DNA of 64,000 nt, taken from NCBI RefSeq assembly GCF_902713615.1, contig NW_024055492.1, positions 186,001 to 250,000 on the forward strand, read 5' to 3'. A program made the translations under genes and the position numbers. This document shows positions 50,290 through 63,000 of this stretch, piece by piece. This DNA is from Scyliorhinus canicula (Eukaryota). The notes beneath the pieces were generated by a model, which was given only the letters and a program-made list of their open reading frames with translations, was not told where the DNA came from and did no database searches. How positions within the stretch are numbered: the stretch's first letter is position 1; every line of letters begins with the position of its first letter.

Positions 50290-50610
50290 TATAGAACAGA
50301 ATTCCTACAGCGGAGAAGGAGGCCAATTGGCCCATCGCGTCTGCACCGACCACCCGAAAGAGCACACCACCAAGTCCCATGCCACCACCCCATCCCCGTA
50401 ACCCAATAACCCCATCTAACCTTTAACCACTAAGGGGCAATTTAGCAGGGCCAATCCACCCCACCTGCACATCCCCGGACGGCGGGAGGAAAACTGAGCA
50501 CCCGGAGGAAACCGACGCAGACACGGGGAGAACGCGCAGACCCTGCAGTCACCCAAGGCGGAATCGAACCCGGCCCCCCGGCGCCGCCACTGCGCCACCG
50601 TGCCGCCCAT
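50290..50610 (-). mobile_element. HE1-like SINE
   Basis: Minus strand head gggcggcacggtggcgcagtggc, core and tail. Confidence 0.75.
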
Positions 50611-52429
50611 ATCATGGGTTATATGCTGTCAAAAGGGTGCGGGAACAAAAAGGAAGGTCTGCGATGGTTCGAGAATAGGAGAGATTAAATGACAAAGATG
50701 TCATGGAACAAAGGAAAAGAGAGTTATAATGGTTGGAGTACAGAGGCAAAATACCCAACCCCACCAGCATAAATAGACACCAATCGTCTTTGAGTTTGAA
50801 AACGTCTAACCAGCAACAACACCAGGCAAGTCGGAGTGAAACATCAATGTTGGCTGTTAAAAGGCAAATGTGAGGCGATCTTTTAATTTAAACCTCATTA
50901 GCGAATTAAGTAAGAATGCAGATGGAGTTCTGGACAACTGGTTTTATTGCCATTTCAAATAAATATCCCTAGATATAATTCATTCAATTGGGATGTTCCT
51001 CTTCTATTATCAATTGCTTCTCGTGAGCTTAGGAGGATGTATCTTTGAGACTCTCCCATGTTTCTCATATGTTAACTGTGACCCTTTGTAAGAAAGACTC
51101 TCCTAAATCGAGCTGGTGACTGCGGTGGAGGAACAAGCGGTTTAAATCTTGACGGATGAAAACACCAGTAGTAGTGATAGCTATATGTGGTTCTGATGGT
51201 TAACCTGACTGGGCAGCGGGAGATAGATATACTGACAACATCCAGATAGACAGATTAGCAAATGGACAAATAATAGAACGACACCGAGATAAGTGAATTA
51301 ATTTATTATTCCCTTATCCACGAATACTTTATTTAATTATCCTTCCATATATAATTATATTTGTTTTGTTCCTGATTTGGCAATTTTGCGTTGTGAGCTA
51401 GAGGAATTTCGGATTTCGTGTTGTCGGGGACCTTTTCGACAAAGCATTTCACTTTATCATCACATCTCGATCGACTTTACAAAATCTGTATTCTGAAACA
51501 GACAGGTCTCCAAATGAGTTCCCGATTGTCCCTCTTGTCATTCAGAGATAACATTCAGTGGTTTGAAGTATGTGTGCACCTGGACAAAGCTCCAGCATTC
51601 TTATTGGTTTAATAGTCAGATGTTGCTGTGTACTGCAGTGCAGTAAGACAAGGGAAAAAGCCACCCAGTCTGTGGTTTTGGTGCCGTAGTAATCATGCCA
51701 CTAAGTTAGTCGAATGAAATTTGAAATAGGAAGCTAAATTCAGTGATTGCAATCGTGAAACTGTCACCTTTATGTCCATAAACGCCTAACTGATTCATTT
51801 GTGCCCTTTATGGAAGGAAATCTGTCACTCTGAACTGGGCTGACTTAAATCTGACTCAACATGTGGTTTTTCACTGCCCGCTGAATTAACCGAGCAAGTA
51901 AAAATCTTCAACAAACATAATTAAATGTGAACCGTGTTATTTAATAGAATCAAATATAATTTCACAGTTTTTTAAAAAATTGCAATTACATTTCTCTCAA
52001 TTTCACACAAAATCAGAGCTCGTCGAAACAATATTCGGCCTCCTTGTAGCTGCCCTGGTAGTTTTTGCCGCTGAATGCAGAGGGAGAATTTCCCTGCAGC
52101 TGTTTCCTGCTCTATCTGCCATTGAAGTATTTTATGGGACAGTGCAGTGGAACTTTATTAGGTAACTAAGACGTGTGCGCTACTGATTGGGCAGTGAGGA
52201 GGGAGATATTTTGTTGTGTAATATATGTATAGTCCCTGCCCTGAAACTGTTTGATAGGGCAAATAAAGCCGATTTCGTTTCGTATCGATAAAATGTCGTT
52301 CCTTATTGATACGTTTCTTTCTTTTCTCTTGTTATCTATGACCATTTGCCTCCGTGTGCTCTTTGCAAGTACATAGATAGTCTGCAAGCCGTTTTATGTG
52401 TCCAACTGGAGGATTGTGAACATTGTGTT

Positions 52430-52740
52430 TTGGGCAGCAGGGTAGCATAGTGGTTAGCTTCACAGCGCCAGGATCCCAGTTTCGATTCCTGTTTGGGTAA
52501 CTGTCTGTGCGGAGTCTCCCCGTGTCTACGTTGGTTTCCTCCGGGTGCTCCGGTTTCTTCCCACAGTCCAAAGTTGTGCTGGTTAGGTGGATTGGCCATG
52601 CTAAATTGCCCTTAGTTAGATAGGGTTACTGCGTTACGGGGACAGGGTGTAGGTGTGGGCTTAAGCAGGGTGCTCTTTCCAAGAGCCGGTGCAGACGCGA
52701 TGGGCCGAATGACCTCCACTGTACTGTAAATTCTATGAAA
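52430..52740 (+). mobile_element. HE1-like SINE
   Basis: gggcagcagggtagcatagtggttagc head, core, ttctatg tail. Confidence 0.8.
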
Positions 52741-52976
52741 TAATAGAGCTTAATTCCACATTAAGTAAAAATAATGCTGTTGGCTTCAGTATGGTTAATA
52801 GACAATGTTTGTTCAGTGACTGTACTAAAGTCGGTCTCGATAGACCACGCTTGTGTCCACAGAGGGTTTTCCTTCTCTATTAATAAGGAAAACTTGCGAT
52901 GTGCCATTCCACAATGTGGGTGAGGGCATCACCTCCGGCACGAACAGGGATCGAACACTCGACAGAGAGGCTGAAA

Positions 52977-55930
52977 ATGGCAAAGAGTCTTTCACTAAAC
53001 GGGCAGATAACAAATTTTCTCATTGAATTTCAGGAGGTGCTCTATCCCACCCTGGCTGTTATTGGTGTTCCAAGTGAGTCTCTCTATTCAGCTATTAATT
53101 CGATAAGCTATGCTTAACTCTATTAATATTTTTGTCGATTATTATCTCCTTATTGATTCGTGTTTCTCGCAGATACAACTATCAATTCCATGTATAATCT
53201 ATCACATCATTGCTGTTCTCGGCTTTTTTAAGAAGTCGATCTATACACTGCTGCCATTTTTCGCACTGGTTTCGCTTTGTATCAATTGCCGTTTGTTTAA
53301 CTATTGCTCTGGAAACAATTTGTTGAAATGAGAACAATGAATGGTACGTTCTTACTGCTACATGTTTTTCGGTTTTAGATTAAAGTATGCTTGGAGCGTC
53401 AACCATTTAGAAATCGGAACTCTATTTGGATAAATATAAATATGTGTCCCGAATTTGAGAAAACACTCCGGGCTAATAGATTACAAGTAGTTGTTGGAAA
53501 ATCACGCTCTAATAGCTGTATGATTCAGTATGACACATCGCAAATTCCTTTTCCAACCGTCAAACTCAAATCGCGATTCATTTTTCTATATGTTTTAATG
53601 TTGTAATAATCTTGAATTATCACCCACAGCTAAGTGGATTATTTTTCTTTGACTTTTCAATTTACGTACTTCCAAGTGTTATTTGAAATAATTGAATTTC
53701 CTGGCAGCTGCTGAAGGGATCTCCCAATTATTTTAGTGCTTAAATGTTTTGTGTCTTCCTCTATACACGCAAATGCTTCTATCTGGTTAGTATGCCATTA
53801 TATGAATTCAAGAGAACTTTGACATTCTGCCTGAGTCTCCATCTTAGGAAACGCATGAAGTTTCAAAATTATTTTTACTGGATGTGAGGCTTCGCTGACT
53901 AGGCCAGTATGTGTTGCCCATCTCTAATTGTCCTTCAGAATCTCGTGTTGAGCTGCTTCTTGAAACGCTGCAGTGCACGTGATGCAGGTATATTCACTGT
54001 GCGATTAGGGAGGGAGTTCCAGGATTTTGACCCAGCTGCAGTGAAGGAACTGAGATACATTTGCAAGTCAAGATGGTGAGTGACTTGAAGGGGAACCTTC
54101 AGGTGGCCGTGTTCCCACATATATGTTGCCGTTGACTTTCTAGATGGTCGTAGCCGTGGGTTTAAAAGCTGCTGCCACAGGAGCCTTGGTGAGTCGTGCA
54201 GAGTATGCTGGAGATGGTACACACTGCTGCTAGTATGCGGCGGTGCTGGAGTGAATGGGTGCTTATGAAGGGGTGCCAATCAAGCGTGCAGCTTTGACCT
54301 GGATGGTGTAAAGTTTCTTCAGTGATGTTGGAGCTGCAATCATCGAGGTTATTGGGGAGTATGCAATCCCATTTCTGACATGTGCCTTGTTGTCAGTGGA
54401 CAGGCTTTGAGCGTCAAGAGCTGAGTTACTCGTTGCAAATTTCCAAGCCCCTGGATGTTTTAAAAACTGCATGAACTTTGTTACTTTCATTGAAATGGTT
54501 TCTAGATTTCAGCGAAATGTATCCATACCATTAGCAATCTCGAAACGTTCCGATAGAAAATGTGTGTAATCAGCTGACATTAGATATCACACCCAGTTAC
54601 AAAATAATGAGTTTCCTTAATTTTAATTTCAATAAGCAATCCAATTGATAGCTGTTTGAGAAAGCAGAAAGCCAACAATTTGGTATTTTATCCCAAAAGA
54701 TCATTTCTGTTTTACGGCTGTTTTGAGAAAATTGTATGCCGCAGTGTCAGCGAAAAGAAGACAATTATTGTTCTGTTAATTTCCATTCATCACTCCATCG
54801 AATTGCACGTTTACAAACTTTAGGAATTGCTCAGTGGGATTGATAATAGCACTTTGGGTGTAATTACACCACAGAGACGGTAACAGTTCAATGAGGTAAT
54901 TCGTCGCCACCGTCACAAGGGCAATTAGGGATGAACACTAATGCTGAATAAGTCGTCGGCGCCCAAACCCTGTGAAAGAATAAAAATGCGTGATTTGTAA
55001 TGTTCTGTTCTTTTTCTCTTCCATACAGTTAACTTGGTAACAATTGTGATCCTGTGTCGTGGTAAATGTGGTCTCTCTAAATGTGTCACTTACTATCTGG
55101 TGGCCATGGCAGCAGCGGATCTACTGGTCGTTATCATTGACCTGATATTGAGGCACATTCCTGTTCTTTATTGGAAACAGTTTTCTTTTGTGTATGACAT
55201 TCATGTGTGTAATATTCACGCCGTTGTGCTTTATGCAACCACAGACTGCTCGGTCTGGTTCACTGTCAGTTTCACGTTTGATAGATTTGTAGCCATTTGT
55301 TGCCAGAAATGGAAAGATAAATATTGCACTGTGAAAATCACACTTGTTGTCCTGGGTACAGTGACCGTGCTGAGTTGCTTAAAGAATGTTTTCTGGTATT
55401 ACATGCTATCACCAAGATATTGGCTTATCAATTTCCCTTGGTTTTGTGAGGTGAGAAGCGGTGTTATGGAGTCTCAATTCTGGGCCACAATCGAATTTCT
55501 TCATAATATCGTTACCCCGTGTGTCCCGTTTATTCTGATATTGTTTCTCAACAGTTTAACCATCAGACACGTATTAGTGTCCAGCAGAGCCCGGCGGAGA
55601 CTCCGGAATCACAGCAGTGGAGAGAGTATGAGAGACCCAGAGATGGAAAGCCGAAGGAAATCCATCATTTTGCTATTTGTTATCTCGGCGAATTTCATGC
55701 TCTTATGGACAATGTTTATGGTTTACTCTATATGGTGGCGAATGTGGGTTCTGGGATATGAATCTGTACGGTTTCCTGACTTTGTTCTGGAAATGGGCTT
55801 CATGCTGCAGCTCCTTAGTTGCTGCACAAACACTTGTATTTATGCTGTGACGCAGACGAGATTCAGAGAGCAGTTGATGCTTGTGGTGAAATATCCCATC
55901 GCAGTGTTTGTAAAATCAATTAAAAGATGA
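52977..55930 (+). CDS. Class A orphan GPCR, GPR139/GPR142-like (type expanded in cartilaginous fish), two exons, 332 aa
   Basis: Exon 1 52977-53073 (MAKSLSLNGQITNFLIEFQEVLYPTLAVIGVP+A, GTGAGT donor), 1955-bp intron, exon 2 55029-55930 (…NLVTIVILCRGKCGLSKC…AADLLV…FTFDRFVAICC…PCVPF…CCTNTCIY…). Seven hydrophobic segments, DRF in TM3, no internal stop. In-frame upstream ATGs at 52899 and 52914 are alternative starts. Confidence 0.9.
53870..54470 (-). mobile_element. LINE family B 3' fragment in the GPCR intron
   Basis: Reverse complement of the family B tail (…AAGSKSWNSLPN…). Confidence 0.75.
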
Positions 55931-57359
55931 AAAGCACACTTGAAGTGTTTCCCGCATCACAACTCAATTTATTTTTCTCCAACTCAGTATCCCTTAGAGT
56001 GTCACTGAAACAGTTTAATGCTAACCCAGCAGTGTCATACACTCTCCAAATTGTTGTCACAATATCAATACAGAGCGAGTTGTGCGCACCCCGCCAAACT
56101 TTATACTGTGAACACTTTGACAGAAAACATTAGTTTATGTTATTACAATCTCAAAGTTTGCTATTCATTGTACTCCACTGCCGAGGACTGACAATAATAA
56201 ATAAATTATTAAATTCTTGACTTATACATGCAATGAAAGTGATATGACCCATGTGTGACCATCAACCTTGCCCCGTGTACAATGGAGAGAGGCACAGAAC
56301 CAACTTAGAACAGTGCAAGGGACAACTTCCAATTAGAAAGCAAATACCGTTCCCCGACAAATACTCAATATCATCACAATTGTGGAGACACGATTTTTAT
56401 CGTTTTTTAAAAATGATTTTTCCAGGATGTCAGTTTTGTTGTCTAGGCCAACATTTGTTACTCATCCATAATTTCCCTTGAGAAGGTGGTGGTGGCTGCG
56501 TTCTTGAACAGCTGCAGTCCATGTGGTGTAGGGACACCCACAGTGCTCTTACGGTGGGAATTTCCGGGAATTTGACCCAGAGTCAGTGAAGAAACTGTGA
56601 ATTCCACAGATTAACGACCCTGTGAGAGAAGTAATTTCTCCTCGCCTTCGTTTTACATCAGGGTTACTAACTGCTGGAGTCCGAGCCTTTGGTTTTCTCT
56701 TTTAGCCAGAGCATTCACTATAGCAATAGTATTTAAATAGCAAGTGCAGTTCAGCTTTTGGTCTATGGTAAACCCAGGATGTTGATAATGGATAATTCAG
56801 TGCTGGTAGCGCCATTGAATATCATGGGGCGATGGTTCGCTTCTCTTATATTTGAGATGGTGATTGCCTGGCAATTTTATGAATCGAAATTTACTTGCCA
56901 TTTGTGAACCCAAGCATGGATATTATCTAGGTCTTTCTGTATTTGCACGTGACGGTTTCAGTGTCGAAGGAGTCTCGAATGGTCTGAAAATAATGCAATC
57001 ATCAGCGACCATGCCCACTTCGGACTTTTATGATGTACCGAAAGTCCCTGGATGCAGGAATGGTTCTGGTGGATTGTAAAAATGCTGATATAACGTAGAT
57101 ATTCAAAAAGGTGGGTTACAGAAAGGAGAAAACTATAGACAAGTTAGCTTAATATCTGTCGTTGGGAAATTGTTAGAATACATTGTTAAGGGAGTAAAAA
57201 CAAGACATTTGAAGAGTCAAAACGCAATATATCAGAGTCAGCATGGTTTTATGAAGGGTAAAGCGTATTTGACTAATTTGCTAGATGTCTTCGGAGATGT
57301 ACCAAGCCACTTGGATAACGGGGATCCTGTAGATCTGGTGTATAGTGGTATACAGCGAG

Positions 57360-60300
57360 GGAGTTGTTATGGAAGTCCTGAACATCGACTCTGGATGTCA
57401 TGAAGTCTTATGGTTTCAGTTTAAACATGGGAAAAGACACCTCATGTTGATTTACATGTACCGTAGATCATCAGCTGACGAACCAGGACGCCTCCATGTT
57501 GATCATCACTTGGAGGAAGCACTGAGGGTGGCAAGGGCACAGAATATACTCTGGGGAGGGGCGGGACTTCAATGGCTATCACCAAGAGTGGCTCGATAGT
57601 ACCACCAAAGACCGAACTGGCCGGGTCCTGAAGGACACAGCTGCTAGACAGGACTGCAGCAGGTGTTGAGGGAACCAACAAGAGGGAAAACATAGAACAT
57701 AGAACGATACAGCGCAGTACAGGCCCTTCGGCCCTCGATGTTGCACCGACATGGAAAAAAACTAATACTTGACCCCATACTTGACATAATCCTCACCACC
57801 CTGCCTGCTGCACATGCATCCGTCCAATACGGTAACATTGATGACTGCACAGTCCTTGTGGGGATAAATAACCGTCTTCACATTGAGGATACCCTCCATC
57901 GTGTTCTGTGGCACTACCACGTATTAAATGGGATCGGCTTCGAACGGATGTCGCAACCCAAGACTGGGAATCCATGAGACTCTGTGAGCCATCAGCAGCA
58001 GCAGAATTGTATTCAACCACAATCTGCAACCTCATTGCCCTACATATCTCCCACTCTACCATTACCATCAAGCCAGGAGATCAGCACTGTTCAATGAAGG
58101 GTATAGGAAAGCATGCCAGAGCAACACCAGACATCAGGCGTCAAACTGCTGAAGCTACAACACAGGACTACTTGTGTGCCAAACAGCATGAGCAGCAAGT
58201 AATAGACAGAGCTCAGCAATTCCACAACGGACGCATCAGATCTAAACTCTGCAGTCCTGCCACATCCAGCCGTGAATGGTCGTGGACAATTAAACAACTC
58301 TCTGGAGGAGGAGGCTCCACAAATGTCCCCATCCTCAACGATGGAAGAGCCCAGCACATATGTGCAAAAGACAAGGCTGAGGGATTCGCAATAATCTTCA
58401 GCCAGAAGTGCCGAGTGGATGATATATCTCGGTCTCCTCCGGAGGTCCCCAGCATCACAGATGTAAGTCTTCAGCCAATACGATTCACTCCACTTGGTAA
58501 CATGAAACTGTGCTCCAGAACGTTCCGCACCCCTAGCCAAGCTGCCTGGTGCAGTTATAACACTGGCATCTACCTGACAATGTGGAAAATTGCCCAGGAG
58601 TGTCCTGTGCACAAGAAACAGGACAAATCCAAGCCAGCCAATCACCACCCTATCAATCTACTCTCCATCATCAGCAAAGTGGTGTAAGGAATAATCAACA
58701 ATGCTATCAAGCGGCACTTAATCAGCAATCACCTGTTCACGGATGCTCAGTTTGGGTTCCATCAGGGTCCCTCAGCTCCTGACCTTGATTAAAATATGAT
58801 ACCATTACAAGGGGACATAAATTTAAGATAAATGGTGGAAGATATAGAGGGGATGTCAGACGTAGGTTCTTTACCCAGAGAGTAGTGGGGGCATGGAATA
58901 TACTGCCTGTGGAAGTAGTTGAGTCGGAAACGTTAGGGACCTTCAAGCGGCTATTGGATAGGAACATGGATTAGGGTAGAATAATGGAGTGTAGATTAAC
59001 TTCTTCTTAAGGGCAGCACGGTAGCATTGTGGATAGCACAATTGCTTCACAGCTCCAGGGTCCCGAGTTCGATTTCGACTTGGGTCACTGTCTGTGTGGT
59101 GTCTGCACATCCTCCCCGTGGGTGCGTGGGTTTCCTCCGGGTACTCCGGTTTCCTCCCACAGTCCAAAGATATGCAGGTTGGGTGGATTGGCCATGAAAA
59201 TTGCTCTTAGTGTCCAAAATTCTATGATTAAGCTAGGACAAAAGTTCGGCACAACATCGTGGGCTGAAGGGCCTGTTCTGTGCTGTATTTCTCTATCTAT
59301 TGTGCCATAGGTGACGTGAGAGTGACTGCCCTTGAAGTCAAGGCAACATTTTACCGAGAATGGCATCCAGGAGCCTGAGCAAAATCAGGGAGGAAACTCT
59401 CCACTGGATGGAGTCATACCTTGAACAAATGAAGTTGGATGTGGTGTTGGAGGTCAATCATCTCAGTTCCTGAACATCATAGCAGGAGTTCCTCAGTGTA
59501 GTGTCCTCGGCCCAATCATCTTCAGCTGCTTCATCAATGACCTCCCTACCATGGTAAAGTCAGAATTAGGGGTTGTTCGAAGATGACTGCATAATGTTCA
59601 GCACCATTCGCAAAACCACAGATAATAAAGCAGTCCATTTGCAAATGCAGCAAGACCTGGGCAATATCCAGACTTGAGGCTGACAATGGCGAATTACAGT
59701 CGCGCCAGACAAGTGTCAGGTAATGACCATCTCCTACAAGAGAGGATTTAACCATCGTCTCATGACATCCAATGGTATTACCAACGCTCAATTCCCACAA
59801 TTAACATTTTGGTGGTTACATTGATCAGACATTGAACTGGATCAGTCATATTAATACTGTGGCTGGCAGAAGGGGTCAAAGGTCAGGCGTCTTAAGGCGA
59901 GTAACGCGCCCCCTGACTCCCCAACGTTTGTCTACCTGCGCAGTATGTAAGTCAGGAGTGTAATGGAATACTCCACACTTCCCTGGATAAGTGCAGCTCC
60001 AACAACATTCAAGAAGCTCGACACTGTTCAGTACAAAGAAGCCCGCTTCATTGTTCCCCCTGTCCACAAACATTAAATTCCCCATCACCGATGAACAGTG
60101 GCAGCCGTATGTACCATCTACAAGATGCACTGCATGAATCACCTAGGTTGCCTCAGGAAACACCTTCCAAACCTACGACCACTGCTATCTAGAAGGAGAA
60201 GATCAGCATATACCTGGGTAACCCAACACCTGGAGGTTCCCCTCCAAGTCACTCGCCACGCTCACGGCCGCTGGGGCAACAGCCTGGAACACGCTCCCTG

Positions 60301-60440
60301 TCAGCACAGTGGGTGCACATATACATCAAGGACTGAGGTGGTTCAAGTAGGTAGCTCACCACCACCTTCTTAGAGGCAACTACGGATGGGCAATAAATGC
60401 TGGTCTGATCAGCGACACCCACATCCCGTAAATGAATTTC
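57360..60440 (+). mobile_element. Decayed LINE family B with a nested CR1 3' end + SINE composite (58801-59300)
   Basis: ORF 57908-58687 (SKLCSPATSSREW…VHKKQDKSKPANHHPINLLSIISKV), RT region 59300-59700, tail to 60440. Confidence 0.8.
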
Positions 60441-60699
60441 TAAAAAATAAGTGTGCCGGTTAGTTTTCACAATGATAAAGGGGGCTACTTTCTATTCAGC
60501 CTCTAAAGTTAGAGTCACAGGATCCTCCTTATTTGGGTTATAAAACAGAGTACTCGACCAGAACAAGCCTTGTTTACTGAGACAAAAACATTCCTTCATA
60601 ATTTCATCTTCTGTTCAGAGATAAATTATATTCATAAGTTCATCTCTGGCCTCTTAGCTCATCTTATTTCTGTCCATTGGATTTCCATGCTTCATGGCT

Positions 60700-61340
60700 C
60701 CATCTGATGCCCTAAGTCCACACTTGGAGTATAGTGTTCAATTCTGGTCGCCACACTAGTTATGAGGAGCATAAACAGAGTGTATATTCAGAGACCTTTT
60801 CCCAGATTAGAGGGGTCAATTACTAGGGGGCTTTGGTTTAAGGTGCGAGGGGCAAGGGGCAAGGATTAGAGGAGATGTACGAGACAAGTTTTTTAGACAG
60901 AGGGTAGTGGGTGCCTGGAACTCGCTGCCGGTGGAGGTGGTGGAAGCAGGGACGATAGTGCCATTTAAGGGGAATCTTGACAAATACATGAGTAGGATGG
61001 GAATGGATGGATATCGTCCCCGGAAGTGTGGAAGATTTTAGTTTAGACGGGCAGCATAATCGGCGCAGGCTTGGAGGTTCTTGTGCTGTACTTTTCTTTG
61101 TTCTTTGTTGATTGGTCCAGTGAGAACAAACAGAGTTTATCCAACCTCTGCTCATAACGAATACCCTCCATACCAGGCAACATCCCAGTAAACCACTTTT
61201 CTATACTCTCCAAAGCCCCCACATCCTTCAGATAGTGTGGCGTCCAGAATAGAACACTTTATTCCAAGTGGGGCATAACTAAGGTTCTATACAGCTTCAA
61301 CATGACTTGCCAATTCTTATACTCAATGCCCCGGCCGATG
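60700..61340. mobile_element. CR1-type 3' fragments in both orientations
   Basis: cacttggagtatagtgttcaattctggtcgcc, agggtagtgggtgcctggaac, ttctttgttctttgtt tail. Confidence 0.65.
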
Positions 61341-62094
61341 AAAGTGAGCATGCTTTAAGAGGTATCTGGGCAAACGACAAACTGACCCCTCCCAGTATCT
61401 GCTTTATTTCCAGGGATCACATCCTTTTCTAATGTGAGTAATACCCATGTGGGCAGATTTTCATGCACAGTTTTGTTCAGTTCCGGTTACCCATGGGCTT
61501 TGAACCAGCTTCGCCAGCCTCCTTCCGGAGAACTATAATACACAGCAGTGTGACAACTTGCGCTGCAAAGTGCCAATGTGCTGATCCTTCATCAGGTGAA
61601 GCCGTTTCATACTGTACCTATTTATAATACATCTTATGGTTCCAGATGTTTAAATATATCTTTGCAACAGGATAAAAAAAAGATAGAATATTAACGTCAG
61701 ACTATATTCATTAAGTATTAATGTCTTAATGATTAAGACAATCTCCATGCAGCGTTTGAATTGGTTACAACACCAAACCCCAAGTGTGTCTCCTTCGGGA
61801 ACATTTTCACAACGATGTTGCCTTCTCCACACTTCCCGCCACCAGGAGTAAAGTGAATTTCAGCTTTATAGACAATTCATCAGTTCAGATGTCACCAGCT
61901 GCAGAAGATAGCGGTAGATCAACAGCCCACGTCGTTTTTGTGCAGCCAATCAAAACCACGTGACAGAAATCTTCACTGCTGACGGCAACACGAACCGACT
62001 GGCGACTGTGCGCAGACGCTCTGAGTTCTTCTGATGTGAGCTCTGCTCCTCTCCTTTTCACATTTGAATAAAAATGATATATTACACGGTGCAA

Positions 62095-62668
62095 ATGCAG
62101 CTGCTCCCTGTCGTTCTCGTACTGCTGACCTGTAAGTACAGGGGACTTACTCAATAATATGTGGATATAGTGTATTTATTATTTTAAAAATAAATTTAGC
62201 GTATCCAATTTATTTTTTCCAATTCAGGGGCAATTTAGCGTGGCCAATCCACCTACCCTGCACATCTTTGGGTAGTGGGGGCGAAACCCACGCAGACACC
62301 GGGAGAATGTGCAAACTCCACACGAACATCTATAATGTATTTATATTCACCTTGCTCCAATTTCTCTTTTATTTTATAGGCCCATGTGGCTCGGACCAAG
62401 TGTCCCAGTCTCCCATTGCGACAATAACCCAGAGCGGAGATCCAGTGCAAATAAACTGCAGCTATGACATGTCCGGATTTAACGGAATGTATTGGTACAG
62501 ACAAAAATCCGGTCAGGGACCGGAGTGGATAATAAGCAGATTCTCGGCTGGCAAAGAGAGAAAGGACCGATTCGAATTGGAACTTTCCACTGCGGATAAA
62601 CGGGGCCAATTGGTGATTCAAGACACGGAGAGCGCGGATGCCGCTGTGTATTACTGTGCGATACAGCC
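62095..62668 (+). CDS. TRAV/DV: T-cell receptor alpha(/delta) variable segment V3 (germline, open frame, different family from V1/V2)
   Basis: Leader exon 62095-62131 (MQLLPVVLVLLT+T, GTAAGT donor; in-frame upstream ATG at 62074), 248-bp intron containing a SINE fragment (~62177-62328), V exon 62380-62668: PCGSDQVSQSPIATITQSGDPVQINCSYDMSGFNGMYWYRQKSGQGPEWIISRFSAGKERKDRFELELSTADKRGQLVIQDTESADAAVYYCAIQ. Confidence 0.92.
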
Positions 62669-62706
62669 CACACTGACAGGAAAGGCGCAGTCACTGTACA
62701 AAAACC
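62669..62706 (+). promoter_or_regulatory. 23-type RSS of V3 (22-bp spacer)
   Basis: CACACTG (62669-62675), 22-bp spacer, perfect ACAAAAACC (62698-62706). Confidence 0.88.
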
Positions 62707-62894
62707 TCACGCCTGGTTACCATTCCGGAGAAGCTGCAGCAATGTCCCCACTAACACAGGGCGGGCAAGGTGGGTGAGAATGACAGCAAGAAAGGGAGGC
62801 TCTGAGCGGGGCTTGATCTTTCCCTTACGAAGCGGCTTTGCCCAGAGATCCTGATGGCCAAGGTATAAAGTGGCCGATTGAAGAAACGGACTCT

Positions 62895-63000
62895 CAATGA
62901 GCCAGCCTCCCCGAACAGGCGCCGGAATGCGGCGACTAGAGGCTTCTCACAGTAACTTCATTTGAAGCATACTTGTGACAATAAGCGATTTTCATTTCAA
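62895..63000 (+). mobile_element. 3' half of the short tRNA-derived SINE
   Basis: agccagcctccccgaacaggcgccggaatgcggcgactagaggcttctcacagtaacttc…gattttcatttca. Confidence 0.75.

Noticed and set aside
53160-53235. IIYHIIAVLGF in the GPCR intron resembles a second TM1 exon.
   Set aside because: There is no splice donor at the expected position and the similarity is too short to distinguish from chance.
769-63000. tRNA-like A/B boxes and many repeated ORFs of the type …GHCLCGVCTSSPCVRGFPPGAPVSSHSPKMC….
   Set aside because: These are SINE heads and SINE translations, not tRNA or protein genes.
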